A stretch of DNA of 64,000 bases from Mytilus trossulus (taxonomy: Eukaryota), in NCBI RefSeq assembly GCF_036588685.1, contig NC_086380.1, positions 73,036,001-73,100,000 on the forward strand, read 5' to 3'. Below are positions 36,798 through 50,105 of this stretch, one piece after another. The translations under genes were made by a program, and so were the position numbers. Under the pieces are notes generated by a model that saw only the letters and a list, made by a program, of their open reading frames with translations, made no database searches and was not told the origin of the DNA. How positions within the stretch are numbered: position 1 is the first letter of the stretch; each line of letters starts with the position of its first letter.

Positions 36798-39223
36798 ATG
36801 GGTCTAATCCCATGGCGTCTAAGGAAATACACATTTCAGAAAGGAAACAAGCCATATAATAAGGGGAAAAAATACAGAAATAAGACTTTACCTGCTGAAA
36901 AAGGCAAATTTGTGAGACTACCAAAAGACTTGTATGACTTAGTGACTAAATCTGTTCATAATAAGAATGTTCAACTCATTCCTGCCTCTACAAAATCAGC
37001 TCGCTTTCTAAGGCCGAAGCCTCCGACAAAAACAGAAGTTGAAAAATGTGCTGAAAATGAAACAAAAACAGGGTAAGAATACTTTTTTTTGTTATTAAGC
37101 TTTCAAAAATAATTAAACTTGCTTAAAAAAGTCACTTATAAACAACTATGAAGAAAAAGGCATGTGTCTTATATGCCAATTCTTTAAATGTGACAGCTGA
37201 AGAAAATGCAAGCTAGGATAATACTTATTTTTAAATTTCTAGTCCTATATATATTTTCAAGAATTAAATAGTGCATGATTTTTATATATAATATATATAA
37301 AAACACAGGCAAAGAAAAAAATATGCACTTTTGAGAGTAAATTTGATCAAAAAGCTTATTTAAAGAAAACACTATTGTAAGGGAGGTAATTCAAAATAAA
37401 ATTATTTTCACCTTTCCAAAACTTAGTTTTTACAAATAAAAAACTAATTCACTTCAATTTTGGCAACATTTTTCAACTTCAGGTCAGAGAAAAATAGTTT
37501 TCGACTCCTTCGGATCAATGAACTTGAACAGATGTGGAATGAGGTTTTCATAGAACACAGAAAAATATCCCCTATGTGTACAGGGTTCATATCATGGGAT
37601 TTAAGTGCAGAACAGCAAAGAGGGGCTGCCTGGAGGGAAAAGGCAAGCTGCAATAAGTGTTCTTACCATTCAAAAATGTTCAACCTTTACAATGAGGTGA
37701 TCGCAAAGAAACGTGGTCGTCGAACAGCAGCTATTAATCTATCCATACAAGTCGCACTTAATCACATAGCTATCAGCACAACTGGTCTACAGAAATTATT
37801 TCTTGGTTCTAATATACCAGCTCCTTCCACTTCAAGTATGCAACACAGTGCTAATGTTGTTTCTGAAATTATAGAAGAGTACAATCAAAAGGATTTGGTT
37901 CAGAAAAGAAAATTACTGAAGGAAATAAACATATTAAGAGGTGATAATCCTAATATTATTAACATTCAGGCCGACGGAATGTATAATAACCCTATTTATT
38001 CCGGAATGGGTAAAACACCATTTCAACCAGCTACTCAATGTACGTATAACATGTTAGAAAATAATACTTATAAGCACAGTATTGTAAGCACAAGACAAGT
38101 GTCTAAGCTTTGCTCAAATAAGAGTGAACATAAAACAAAAACAAAAGTTAAATCTCACAAAGGTCACTGTTCCGCAAACATTGAAATGCATGACAGCATA
38201 GGCAGTGAGGAGCGATGGGCTAAAGACTGCTTGTTAGACCTGAAAAATGATGGTCTGGAAGTTCAAGAAATTACCACTGACCCTGACAGCAGTGCATTTA
38301 GAGCTGCAGAGTCTCTCTTTAAAGCTGGTACAACCAATACTCAGCCAATTCATTTTCTAGATACGAGACATGTGTCCGCAAATCATAGAAATTTTATTAA
38401 AAAAATGTCAGGTCTGAAGGAAATAATGCCGGCACGATTAGTTTCAGAGAAAGATAAAATGCTAAAAAGGTTTGCATTAGATATGGCAGCACGTTGTCAG
38501 GCAGAGTACAATGCTGCCTTTGATAAATTCAATATGGACTCTGTACGGGTAAAAGTTCACCTATCATATGCATGTCATGCTATAGTTTCTTGCTATCAGG
38601 GCGATCATAATGGTTGTACAAAATATTCCCTTGTTTGTTCAAATAGGAACAGTTTGAAGACATGGACTGAAAAATCAGCTTATCTGAAAAATAACTTTAA
38701 ATTAAATAAATCAGAGAACACAGCAGCATTGTTACGTGAATGCGTAAAATATCGCCTTGGACCTACCATGCTAAACTGTACATGCAAAAACACTAACACA
38801 CAAAAAGCTGAAGCAACTAACCGTGCAATACGTGCAACTGTACCTAGCAATGTAACATTTACCAGAAACTATAAAGGAAGGGTACATACAGCTATACATA
38901 ACGTAAATAATGGCCCTGGAGAATCCATCGTGAAACTCTGTCAAGCGGCTGGGGTTCCCATCGAACCAGGAAGTCGTGCTGCCCATGGTCTGAAAAATAT
39001 TCAACAACATAATGAAAAACATAAATCATATAAGCAGTCAAAGAAGTACACAGATCAGAGATGCTCAAAAAAACATGAACTGTATAAAATATATGATGAG
39101 CATCAAGAGGAAAAAGACTATGAGAAAAACAAACTTTTACCGACAAAACGACTGGCCGCAAAACAACCTCAAGAGTATTCGTTTGCCAAAAAACTCCGAT
39201 CAAGACATGTTAAAAATAAATAA
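36798..39223 (+). CDS. DDD/E transposase, two exons (intron 37073-37482)
   Basis: Identical protein. Confidence 0.87.
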
Positions 39224-39233
39224 ATTACCTGCA

Positions 39234-39692
39234 TCAGATAAGACAACACGGTAAATGATTATTTGTACACTGTTTTGCCCGTCTACAGAAAATTCTCTCT
39301 ATGTTTATACTGTGCGACTCTAAGATCAGGTGCTCCGGTTTAATACATTTGGGGTTATGGCAAAGGTGTGAAATATCTAAAGGATCACCGTTTGGAGAGA
39401 AACGGGGAAGATTTTCTTTTAATATTCTTTTATCTAGCATATAAGATAATCTGTGAGCTCTTTCAAGAGTTCTAGTGCCATCAGGCCAATTCATAACTTT
39501 TTTCCCATAGACCCCATGCTCCAAAGCTCCAACCCACACTGTACAGTCATAATTTCCATGATTTTTTTCACTTTTCTTAGACAAAGCTAAAGCCAATGCA
39601 TTCCAAAATGATTCCATGTTGTTTCTGTAAAATGAAAACCCAAAAGGGGTCCGAAATTGGGATCCCAGGGAGGCTGAGGGGTGAATTCCCAT
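39234..39692 (-). CDS. His-Me finger endonuclease (LDR copy 3 immediately upstream)
   Basis: Identical copy. Confidence 0.9.
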   Translation of the reverse strand: MGIHPSASLGSQFRTPFGFSFYRNNMESFWNALALALSKKSEKNHGNYDCTVWVGALEHGVYGKKVMNWPDGTRTLERAHRLSYMLDKRILKENLPRFSPNGDPLDISHLCHNPKCIKPEHLILESHSINIERIFCRRAKQCTNNHLPCCLI

Positions 39693-39705
39693 TATTTACC
39701 TTATA

Positions 39706-40164
39706 GGTTGCACTTGTGTAAAACCAGCAATGCAATTTTCCATAGGAACTGCCTAAATTGCATATGCAGTCACTCTTCATTCAGGAAGTTTTGAGGAGAA
39801 TGTTAGATTTCCCTGGAAAGGAGACATGCACTACTTTTTTTTGCACTAATAAAAACATATAGCTGTGCGGCATATTTTCAAGTTTTACTGCCCTCCATTT
39901 ATAAACATTGCAGGTTCGCACTGAATTTTTCCATTAAATTTGACTCAACACCCAAATGTCTTCCAGTCCTCCTGAAAAATAAGTTAAATAAATAGACATT
40001 TTTATTTATATCCATTTAATTCTCCAATCAAGTCTTAATTAAAAAAAAAAAACTTTGCATCCATGGCAACAACTATGTAAACAGTAGCAGTATTTAGTGC
40101 ACATTCAATTTCTCCCCAAAAGAGGCGTGACTTGCAAATCACACGTGATTTACAAAGTGCAACC
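39706..40164 (+). mobile_element. 459-bp LDR / non-autonomous TIR module, copy 3
   Basis: Same sequence and orientation; flanked by TATA at 39702-39705 and 40165-40168, at the same unit position as copies 1-2. Confidence 0.93.
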
Positions 40165-40870
40165 TATACTGTACTTTCAAACCCCTTTTAGTATCAAAAT
40201 ATTCTTATATTCTTGTTGTTATATATGTAAGTAATAGAAAATAATAAGTTACAATGGTAGTTTTTTCATTATTGTATTTTTATAGTACTTCTAGTAACTA
40301 TACCCTGTTTGCGGCAAGATGTGTTTTTTTCCTGTTCACTATTTTTTTTTTTTTTATGCAATTTATATTTTTTTTTGTCTACTTAATAAACTCATTATAT
40401 ATTTGTGTTTTTCTTGTACCTTTGTGTAATAGCTATTTGAATCATGGTTAGTTTTACTACAATCTGTTTATTTTGTAGAATTTTTGTTTTCTTTATGTAC
40501 TATACCATAAAATGCATAAAAAGTTGTCATACAAGCTTCAAAAAACTATCCCTATAACAAAAACATACACCTTATCTTTACTTTCTGTTTATGTTATAGC
40601 ACACAAGCCTGTCAGCACTGATAAAAAAATTCAATGAAGAGAGGTCAAATTATATGAACTTGTCAAATTACAAAATAATGAGATTAACCATCATGATGAT
40701 TTTTATATGATTTATATAAAAAATCTTACATCTGGGGTCACCTTCAGTACCATCTGATATAAACAAAAAACTTAGTCATTCATGATTGTTTAGTTGTAAG
40801 GTCCTATATTTGTTATTTAAATATTAAAATACTGGAATAAAGTGCATTTCAAACAATTCTTACAATAACA

Positions 40871-43296
40871 ATGGGTCTAATCCCATGGCGTCTAAGGAAA
40901 TACACATTTCAGAAAGGAAACAAGCCATATAATAAGGGGAAAAAATACAGAAATAAGACTTTACCTGCTGAAAAAGGCAAATTTGTGAGACTACCAAAAG
41001 ACTTGTATGACTTAGTGACTAAATCTGTTCATAATAAGAATGTTCAACTCATTCCTGCCTCTACAAAATCAGCTCGCTTTCTAAGGCCGAAGCCTCCGAC
41101 AAAAACAGAAGTTGAAAAATGTGCTGAAAATGAAACAAAAACAGGGTAAGAATACTTTTTTTTGTTATTAAGCTTTCAAAAATAATTAAACTTGCTTAAA
41201 AAAGTCACTTATAAACAACTATGAAGAAAAAGGCATGTGTCTTATATGCCAATTCTTTAAATGTGACAGCTGAAGAAAATGCAAGCTAGGATAATACTTA
41301 TTTTTAAATTTCTAGTCCTATATATATTTTCAAGAATTAAATAGTGCATGATTTTTATATATAATATATATAAAAACACAGGCAAAGAAAAAAATATGCA
41401 CTTTTGAGAGTAAATTTGATCAAAAAGCTTATTTAAAGAAAACACTATTGTAAGGGAGGTAATTCAAAATAAAATTATTTTCACCTTTCCAAAACTTAGT
41501 TTTTACAAATAAAAAACTAATTCACTTCAATTTTGGCAACATTTTTCAACTTCAGGTCAGAGAAAAATAGTTTTCGACTCCTTCGGATCAATGAACTTGA
41601 ACAGATGTGGAATGAGGTTTTCATAGAACACAGAAAAATATCCCCTATGTGTACAGGGTTCATATCATGGGATTTAAGTGCAGAACAGCAAAGAGGGGCT
41701 GCCTGGAGGGAAAAGGCAAGCTGCAATAAGTGTTCTTACCATTCAAAAATGTTCAACCTTTACAATGAGGTGATCGCAAAGAAACGTGGTCGTCGAACAG
41801 CAGCTATTAATCTATCCATACAAGTCGCACTTAATCACATAGCTATCAGCACAACTGGTCTACAGAAATTATTTCTTGGTTCTAATATACCAGCTCCTTC
41901 CACTTCAAGTATGCAACACAGTGCTAATGTTGTTTCTGAAATTATAGAAGAGTACAATCAAAAGGATTTGGTTCAGAAAAGAAAATTACTGAAGGAAATA
42001 AACATATTAAGAGGTGATAATCCTAATATTATTAACATTCAGGCCGACGGAATGTATAATAACCCTATTTATTCCGGAATGGGTAAAACACCATTTCAAC
42101 CAGCTACTCAATGTACGTATAACATGTTAGAAAATAATACTTATAAGCACAGTATTGTAAGCACAAGACAAGTGTCTAAGCTTTGCTCAAATAAGAGTGA
42201 ACATAAAACAAAAACAAAAGTTAAATCTCACAAAGGTCACTGTTCCGCAAACATTGAAATGCATGACAGCATAGGCAGTGAGGAGCGATGGGCTAAAGAC
42301 TGCTTGTTAGACCTGAAAAATGATGGTCTGGAAGTTCAAGAAATTACCACTGACCCTGACAGCAGTGCATTTAGAGCTGCAGAGTCTCTCTTTAAAGCTG
42401 GTACAACCAATACTCAGCCAATTCATTTTCTAGATACGAGACATGTGTCCGCAAATCATAGAAATTTTATTAAAAAAATGTCAGGTCTGAAGGAAATAAT
42501 GCCGGCACGATTAGTTTCAGAGAAAGATAAAATGCTAAAAAGGTTTGCATTAGATATGGCAGCACGTTGTCAGGCAGAGTACAATGCTGCCTTTGATAAA
42601 TTCAATATGGACTCTGTACGGGTAAAAGTTCACCTATCATATGCATGTCATGCTATAGTTTCTTGCTATCAGGGCGATCATAATGGTTGTACAAAATATT
42701 CCCTTGTTTGTTCAAATAGGAACAGTTTGAAGACATGGACTGAAAAATCAGCTTATCTGAAAAATAACTTTAAATTAAATAAATCAGAGAACACAGCAGC
42801 ATTGTTACGTGAATGCGTAAAATATCGCCTTGGACCTACCATGCTAAACTGTACATGCAAAAACACTAACACACAAAAAGCTGAAGCAACTAACCGTGCA
42901 ATACGTGCAACTGTACCTAGCAATGTAACATTTACCAGAAACTATAAAGGAAGGGTACATACAGCTATACATAACGTAAATAATGGCCCTGGAGAATCCA
43001 TCGTGAAACTCTGTCAAGCGGCTGGGGTTCCCATCGAACCAGGAAGTCGTGCTGCCCATGGTCTGAAAAATATTCAACAACATAATGAAAAACATAAATC
43101 ATATAAGCAGTCAAAGAAGTACACAGATCAGAGATGCTCAAAAAAACATGAACTGTATAAAATATATGATGAGCATCAAGAGGAAAAAGACTATGAGAAA
43201 AACAAACTTTTACCGACAAAACGACTGGCCGCAAAACAACCTCAAGAGTATTCGTTTGCCAAAAAACTCCGATCAAGACATGTTAAAAATAAATAA
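40871..43296 (+). CDS. DDD/E transposase, two exons (intron 41146-41555); directly downstream of LDR copy 3
   Basis: Identical protein. Confidence 0.87.
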
Positions 43297-43306
43297 ATTA
43301 CCTGCA

Positions 43307-43765
43307 TCAGATAAGACAACACGGTAAATGATTATTTGTACACTGTTTTGCCCGTCTACAGAAAATTCTCTCTATGTTTATACTGTGCGACTCTAAGATC
43401 AGGTGCTCCGGTTTAATACATTTGGGGTTATGGCAAAGGTGTGAAATATCTAAAGGATCACCGTTTGGAGAGAAACGGGGAAGATTTTCTTTTAATATTC
43501 TTTTATCTAGCATATAAGATAATCTGTGAGCTCTTTCAAGAGTTCTAGTGCCATCAGGCCAATTCATAACTTTTTTCCCATAGACCCCATGCTCCAAAGC
43601 TCCAACCCACACTGTACAGTCATAATTTCCATGATTTTTTTCACTTTTCTTAGACAAAGCTAAAGCCAATGCATTCCAAAATGATTCCATGTTGTTTCTG
43701 TAAAATGAAAACCCAAAAGGGGTCCGAAATTGGGATCCCAGGGAGGCTGAGGGGTGAATTCCCAT
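43307..43765 (-). CDS. His-Me finger endonuclease
   Basis: Identical copy. Confidence 0.9.
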   Translation of the reverse strand: MGIHPSASLGSQFRTPFGFSFYRNNMESFWNALALALSKKSEKNHGNYDCTVWVGALEHGVYGKKVMNWPDGTRTLERAHRLSYMLDKRILKENLPRFSPNGDPLDISHLCHNPKCIKPEHLILESHSINIERIFCRRAKQCTNNHLPCCLI

Positions 43766-44479
43766 TATTTACCTTATACTGTACTTTCAAACCCCTTTTA
43801 GTATCAAAATATTCTTATATTCTTGTTGTTATATATGTAAGTAATAGAAAATAATAAGTTACAATGGTAGTTTTTTCATTATTGTATTTTTATAGTACTT
43901 CTAGTAACTATACCCTGTTTGCGGCAAGATGTGTTTTTTTCCTGTTCACTATTTTTTTTTTTTTATGCAATTTATATTTTTTTTTGTCTACTTAATAAAC
44001 TCATTATATATTTGTGTTTTTCTTGTACCTTTGTGTAATAGCTATTTGAATCATGGTTAGTTTTACTACAATCTGTTTATTTTGTAGAATTTTTGTTTTC
44101 TTTATGTACTATACCATAAAATGCATAAAAAGTTGTCATACAAGCTTCAAAAAACTATCCCTATAACAAAAACATACACCTTATCTTTACTTTCTGTTTA
44201 TGTTATAGCACACAAGCCTGTCAGCACTGATAAAAAAATTCAATGAAGAGAGGTCAAATTATATGAACTTGTCAAATTACAAAATAATGAGATTAACCAT
44301 CATGATGATTTTTATATGATTTATATAAAAAATCTTACATCTGGGGTCACCTTCAGTACCATCTGATATAAACAAAAAACTTAGTCATTCATGATTGTTT
44401 AGTTGTAAGGTCCTATATTTGTTATTTAAATATTAAAATACTGGAATAAAGTGCATTTCAAACAATTCTTACAATAACA

Positions 44480-46905
44480 ATGGGTCTAATCCCATGGCGT
44501 CTAAGGAAATACACATTTCAGAAAGGAAACAAGCCATATAATAAGGGGAAAAAATACAGAAATAAGACTTTACCTGCTGAAAAAGGCAAATTTGTGAGAC
44601 TACCAAAAGACTTGTATGACTTAGTGACTAAATCTGTTCATAATAAGAATGTTCAACTCATTCCTGCCTCTACAAAATCAGCTCGCTTTCTAAGGCCGAA
44701 GCCTCCGACAAAAACAGAAGTTGAAAAATGTGCTGAAAATGAAACAAAAACAGGGTAAGAATACTTTTTTTTGTTATTAAGCTTTCAAAAATAATTAAAC
44801 TTGCTTAAAAAAGTCACTTATAAACAACTATGAAGAAAAAGGCATGTGTCTTATATGCCAATTCTTTAAATGTGACAGCTGAAGAAAATGCAAGCTAGGA
44901 TAATACTTATTTTTAAATTTCTAGTCCTATATATATTTTCAAGAATTAAATAGTGCATGATTTTTATATATAATATATATAAAAACACAGGCAAAGAAAA
45001 AAATATGCACTTTTGAGAGTAAATTTGATCAAAAAGCTTATTTAAAGAAAACACTATTGTAAGGGAGGTAATTCAAAATAAAATTATTTTCACCTTTCCA
45101 AAACTTAGTTTTTACAAATAAAAAACTAATTCACTTCAATTTTGGCAACATTTTTCAACTTCAGGTCAGAGAAAAATAGTTTTCGACTCCTTCGGATCAA
45201 TGAACTTGAACAGATGTGGAATGAGGTTTTCATAGAACACAGAAAAATATCCCCTATGTGTACAGGGTTCATATCATGGGATTTAAGTGCAGAACAGCAA
45301 AGAGGGGCTGCCTGGAGGGAAAAGGCAAGCTGCAATAAGTGTTCTTACCATTCAAAAATGTTCAACCTTTACAATGAGGTGATCGCAAAGAAACGTGGTC
45401 GTCGAACAGCAGCTATTAATCTATCCATACAAGTCGCACTTAATCACATAGCTATCAGCACAACTGGTCTACAGAAATTATTTCTTGGTTCTAATATACC
45501 AGCTCCTTCCACTTCAAGTATGCAACACAGTGCTAATGTTGTTTCTGAAATTATAGAAGAGTACAATCAAAAGGATTTGGTTCAGAAAAGAAAATTACTG
45601 AAGGAAATAAACATATTAAGAGGTGATAATCCTAATATTATTAACATTCAGGCCGACGGAATGTATAATAACCCTATTTATTCCGGAATGGGTAAAACAC
45701 CATTTCAACCAGCTACTCAATGTACGTATAACATGTTAGAAAATAATACTTATAAGCACAGTATTGTAAGCACAAGACAAGTGTCTAAGCTTTGCTCAAA
45801 TAAGAGTGAACATAAAACAAAAACAAAAGTTAAATCTCACAAAGGTCACTGTTCCGCAAACATTGAAATGCATGACAGCATAGGCAGTGAGGAGCGATGG
45901 GCTAAAGACTGCTTGTTAGACCTGAAAAATGATGGTCTGGAAGTTCAAGAAATTACCACTGACCCTGACAGCAGTGCATTTAGAGCTGCAGAGTCTCTCT
46001 TTAAAGCTGGTACAACCAATACTCAGCCAATTCATTTTCTAGATACGAGACATGTGTCCGCAAATCATAGAAATTTTATTAAAAAAATGTCAGGTCTGAA
46101 GGAAATAATGCCGGCACGATTAGTTTCAGAGAAAGATAAAATGCTAAAAAGGTTTGCATTAGATATGGCAGCACGTTGTCAGGCAGAGTACAATGCTGCC
46201 TTTGATAAATTCAATATGGACTCTGTACGGGTAAAAGTTCACCTATCATATGCATGTCATGCTATAGTTTCTTGCTATCAGGGCGATCATAATGGTTGTA
46301 CAAAATATTCCCTTGTTTGTTCAAATAGGAACAGTTTGAAGACATGGACTGAAAAATCAGCTTATCTGAAAAATAACTTTAAATTAAATAAATCAGAGAA
46401 CACAGCAGCATTGTTACGTGAATGCGTAAAATATCGCCTTGGACCTACCATGCTAAACTGTACATGCAAAAACACTAACACACAAAAAGCTGAAGCAACT
46501 AACCGTGCAATACGTGCAACTGTACCTAGCAATGTAACATTTACCAGAAACTATAAAGGAAGGGTACATACAGCTATACATAACGTAAATAATGGCCCTG
46601 GAGAATCCATCGTGAAACTCTGTCAAGCGGCTGGGGTTCCCATCGAACCAGGAAGTCGTGCTGCCCATGGTCTGAAAAATATTCAACAACATAATGAAAA
46701 ACATAAATCATATAAGCAGTCAAAGAAGTACACAGATCAGAGATGCTCAAAAAAACATGAACTGTATAAAATATATGATGAGCATCAAGAGGAAAAAGAC
46801 TATGAGAAAAACAAACTTTTACCGACAAAACGACTGGCCGCAAAACAACCTCAAGAGTATTCGTTTGCCAAAAAACTCCGATCAAGACATGTTAAAAATA
46901 AATAA
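44480..46905 (+). CDS. DDD/E transposase, two exons (intron 44755-45164)
   Basis: Identical protein. Confidence 0.87.
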
Positions 46906-46915
46906 ATTACCTGCA

Positions 46916-47374
46916 TCAGATAAGACAACACGGTAAATGATTATTTGTACACTGTTTTGCCCGTCTACAGAAAATTCTCTCTATGTTTATACTGTGCGAC
47001 TCTAAGATCAGGTGCTCCGGTTTAATACATTTGGGGTTATGGCAAAGGTGTGAAATATCTAAAGGATCACCGTTTGGAGAGAAACGGGGAAGATTTTCTT
47101 TTAATATTCTTTTATCTAGCATATAAGATAATCTGTGAGCTCTTTCAAGAGTTCTAGTGCCATCAGGCCAATTCATAACTTTTTTCCCATAGACCCCATG
47201 CTCCAAAGCTCCAACCCACACTGTACAGTCATAATTTCCATGATTTTTTTCACTTTTCTTAGACAAAGCTAAAGCCAATGCATTCCAAAATGATTCCATG
47301 TTGTTTCTGTAAAATGAAAACCCAAAAGGGGTCCGAAATTGGGATCCCAGGGAGGCTGAGGGGTGAATTCCCAT
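46916..47374 (-). CDS. His-Me finger endonuclease
   Basis: Identical copy. Confidence 0.9.
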   Translation of the reverse strand: MGIHPSASLGSQFRTPFGFSFYRNNMESFWNALALALSKKSEKNHGNYDCTVWVGALEHGVYGKKVMNWPDGTRTLERAHRLSYMLDKRILKENLPRFSPNGDPLDISHLCHNPKCIKPEHLILESHSINIERIFCRRAKQCTNNHLPCCLI

Positions 47375-48089
47375 TATTTACCTTATACTGTACTTTCAAA
47401 CCCCTTTTAGTATCAAAATATTCTTATATTCTTGTTGTTATATATGTAAGTAATAGAAAATAATAAGTTACAATGGTAGTTTTTTCATTATTGTATTTTT
47501 ATAGTACTTCTAGTAACTATACCCTGTTTGCGGCAAGATGTGTTTTTTTCCTGTTCACTATTTTTTTTTTTTTTATGCAATTTATATTTTTTTTTGTCTA
47601 CTTAATAAACTCATTATATATTTGTGTTTTTCTTGTACCTTTGTGTAATAGCTATTTGAATCATGGTTAGTTTTACTACAATCTGTTTATTTTGTAGAAT
47701 TTTTGTTTTCTTTATGTACTATACCATAAAATGCATAAAAAGTTGTCATACAAGCTTCAAAAAACTATCCCTATAACAAAAACATACACCTTATCTTTAC
47801 TTTCTGTTTATGTTATAGCACACAAGCCTGTCAGCACTGATAAAAAAATTCAATGAAGAGAGGTCAAATTATATGAACTTGTCAAATTACAAAATAATGA
47901 GATTAACCATCATGATGATTTTTATATGATTTATATAAAAAATCTTACATCTGGGGTCACCTTCAGTACCATCTGATATAAACAAAAAACTTAGTCATTC
48001 ATGATTGTTTAGTTGTAAGGTCCTATATTTGTTATTTAAATATTAAAATACTGGAATAAAGTGCATTTCAAACAATTCTTACAATAACA

Positions 48090-50005
48090 ATGGGTCTAAT
48101 CCCATGGCGTCTAAGGAAATACACATTTCAGAAAGGAAACAAGCCATATAATAAGGGGAAAAAATACAGAAATAAGACTTTACCTGCTGAAAAAGGCAAA
48201 TTTGTGAGACTACCAAAAGACTTGTATGACTTAGTGACTAAATCTGTTCATAATAAGAATGTTCAACTCATTCCTGCCTCTACAAAATCAGCTCGCTTTC
48301 TAAGGCCGAAGCCTCCGACAAAAACAGAAGTTGAAAAATGTGCTGAAAATGAAACAAAAACAGGGTAAGAATACTTTTTTTTGTTATTAAGCTTTCAAAA
48401 ATAATTAAACTTGCTTAAAAAAGTCACTTATAAACAACTATGAAGAAAAAGGCATGTGTCTTATATGCCAATTCTTTAAATGTGACAGCTGAAGAAAATG
48501 CAAGCTAGGATAATACTTATTTTTAAATTTCTAGTCCTATATATATTTTCAAGAATTAAATAGTGCATGATTTTTATATATAATATATATAAAAACACAG
48601 GCAAAGAAAAAAATATGCACTTTTGAGAGTAAATTTGATCAAAAAGCTTATTTAAAGAAAACACTATTGTAAGGGAGGTAATTCAAAATAAAATTATTTT
48701 CACCTTTCCAAAACTTAGTTTTTACAAATAAAAAACTAATTCACTTCAATTTTGGCAACATTTTTCAACTTCAGGTCAGAGAAAAATAGTTTTCGACTCC
48801 TTCGGATCAATGAACTTGAACAGATGTGGAATGAGGTTTTCATAGAACACAGAAAAATATCCCCTATGTGTACAGGGTTCATATCATGGGATTTAAGTGC
48901 AGAACAGCAAAGAGGGGCTGCCTGGAGGGAAAAGGCAAGCTGCAATAAGTGTTCTTACCATTCAAAAATGTTCAACCTTTACAATGAGGTGATCGCAAAG
49001 AAACGTGGTCGTCGAACAGCAGCTATTAATCTATCCATACAAGTCGCACTTAATCACATAGCTATCAGCACAACTGGTCTACAGAAATTATTTCTTGGTT
49101 CTAATATACCAGCTCTTTCCACTTCAAGTATGCAACACAGTGCTAATGTTGTTTCTGAAATTATAGAAGAGTACAATCAAAAGGATTTGGTTCAGAAAAG
49201 AAAATTACTGAAGGAAATAAACATATTAAGAGGTGATAATCCTAATATTATTAACATTCAGGCCGACGGAATGTATAATAACCCTATTTATTCCGGAATG
49301 GGTAAAACACCATTTCAACCAGCTACTCAATGTACGTATAACATGTTAGAAAATAATACTTATAAGCACAGTATTGTAAGCACAAGACAAGTGTCTAAGC
49401 TTTGCTCAAATAAGAGTGAACATAAAACAAAAACAAAAGTTAAATCTCACAAAGGTCACTGTTCCGCAAACATTGAAATGCATGACAGCATAGGCAGTGA
49501 GGAGCGATGGGCTAAAGACTGCTTGTTAGACCTGAAAAATGATGGTCTGGAAGTTCAAGAAATTACCACTGACCCTGACAGCAGTGCATTTAGAGCTGCA
49601 GAGTCTCTCTTTAAAGCTGGTACAACCAATACTCAGCCAATTCATTTTCTAGATACGAGACATGTGTCCGCAAATCATAGAAATTTTATTAAAAAAATGT
49701 CAGGTCTGAAGGAAATAATGCCGGCACGATTAGTTTCAGAGAAAGATAAAATGCTAAAAAGGTTTGCATTAGATATGGCAGCACGTTGTCAGGCAGAGTA
49801 CAATGCTGCCTTTGATAAATTCAATATGGACTCTGTACGGGTAAAAGTTCACCTATCATATGCATGTCATGCTATAGTTTCTTGCTATCAGGGCGATCAT
49901 AATGGTTGTACAAAATATTCCCTTGTTTGTTCAAATAGGAACAGTTTGAAGACATGGACTGAAAAATCAGCTTATCTGAAAAATAACTTTAAATTAAATA
50001 AATCA
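48090..50005 (+). CDS. DDD/E transposase, 3' end lost in the assembly gap (intron 48365-48774)
   Basis: Matches other copies up to the N-run; CCT>CTT (P>L) at 49116. Confidence 0.8.
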
Positions 50006-50105
50006 NNNNNNNNNNNNNNNNNNNNNNNNNNNNNNNNNNNNNNNNNNNNNNNNNNNNNNNNNNNNNNNNNNNNNNNNNNNNNNNNNNNNNNNNNNNNNNN
50101 NNNNN
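50006..50105. other. Assembly gap (100 N, unknown true size)
   Basis: Run of exactly 100 n; the same repeat lies on both sides in the same orientation but at different unit positions. Confidence 0.99.

Larger units (their letters stand above)
32023..40164 (+). mobile_element. Composite-like unit LDR-INT-INT-LDR (8,142 bp) flanked by TATA
   Basis: LDR 32023-32481, INT 32486-36091, TATA, INT 36096-39701, LDR 39706-40164. The outer ends are a left and a right TIR, each abutting TATA. Confidence 0.65.

Noticed and set aside
31560-40164. LTR retrotransposon interpretation of the long direct repeats
   Set aside because: No reverse transcriptase/gag, no TG...CA ends, and an intron is retained. The repeats have their own TIRs and the enzyme is a DNA-transposon-type DDE.
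43950-43966. 1-bp poly-T length differences (also ~53761-53773)
   Set aside because: Homopolymer slippage or sequencing error in non-coding DNA; not informative alone.
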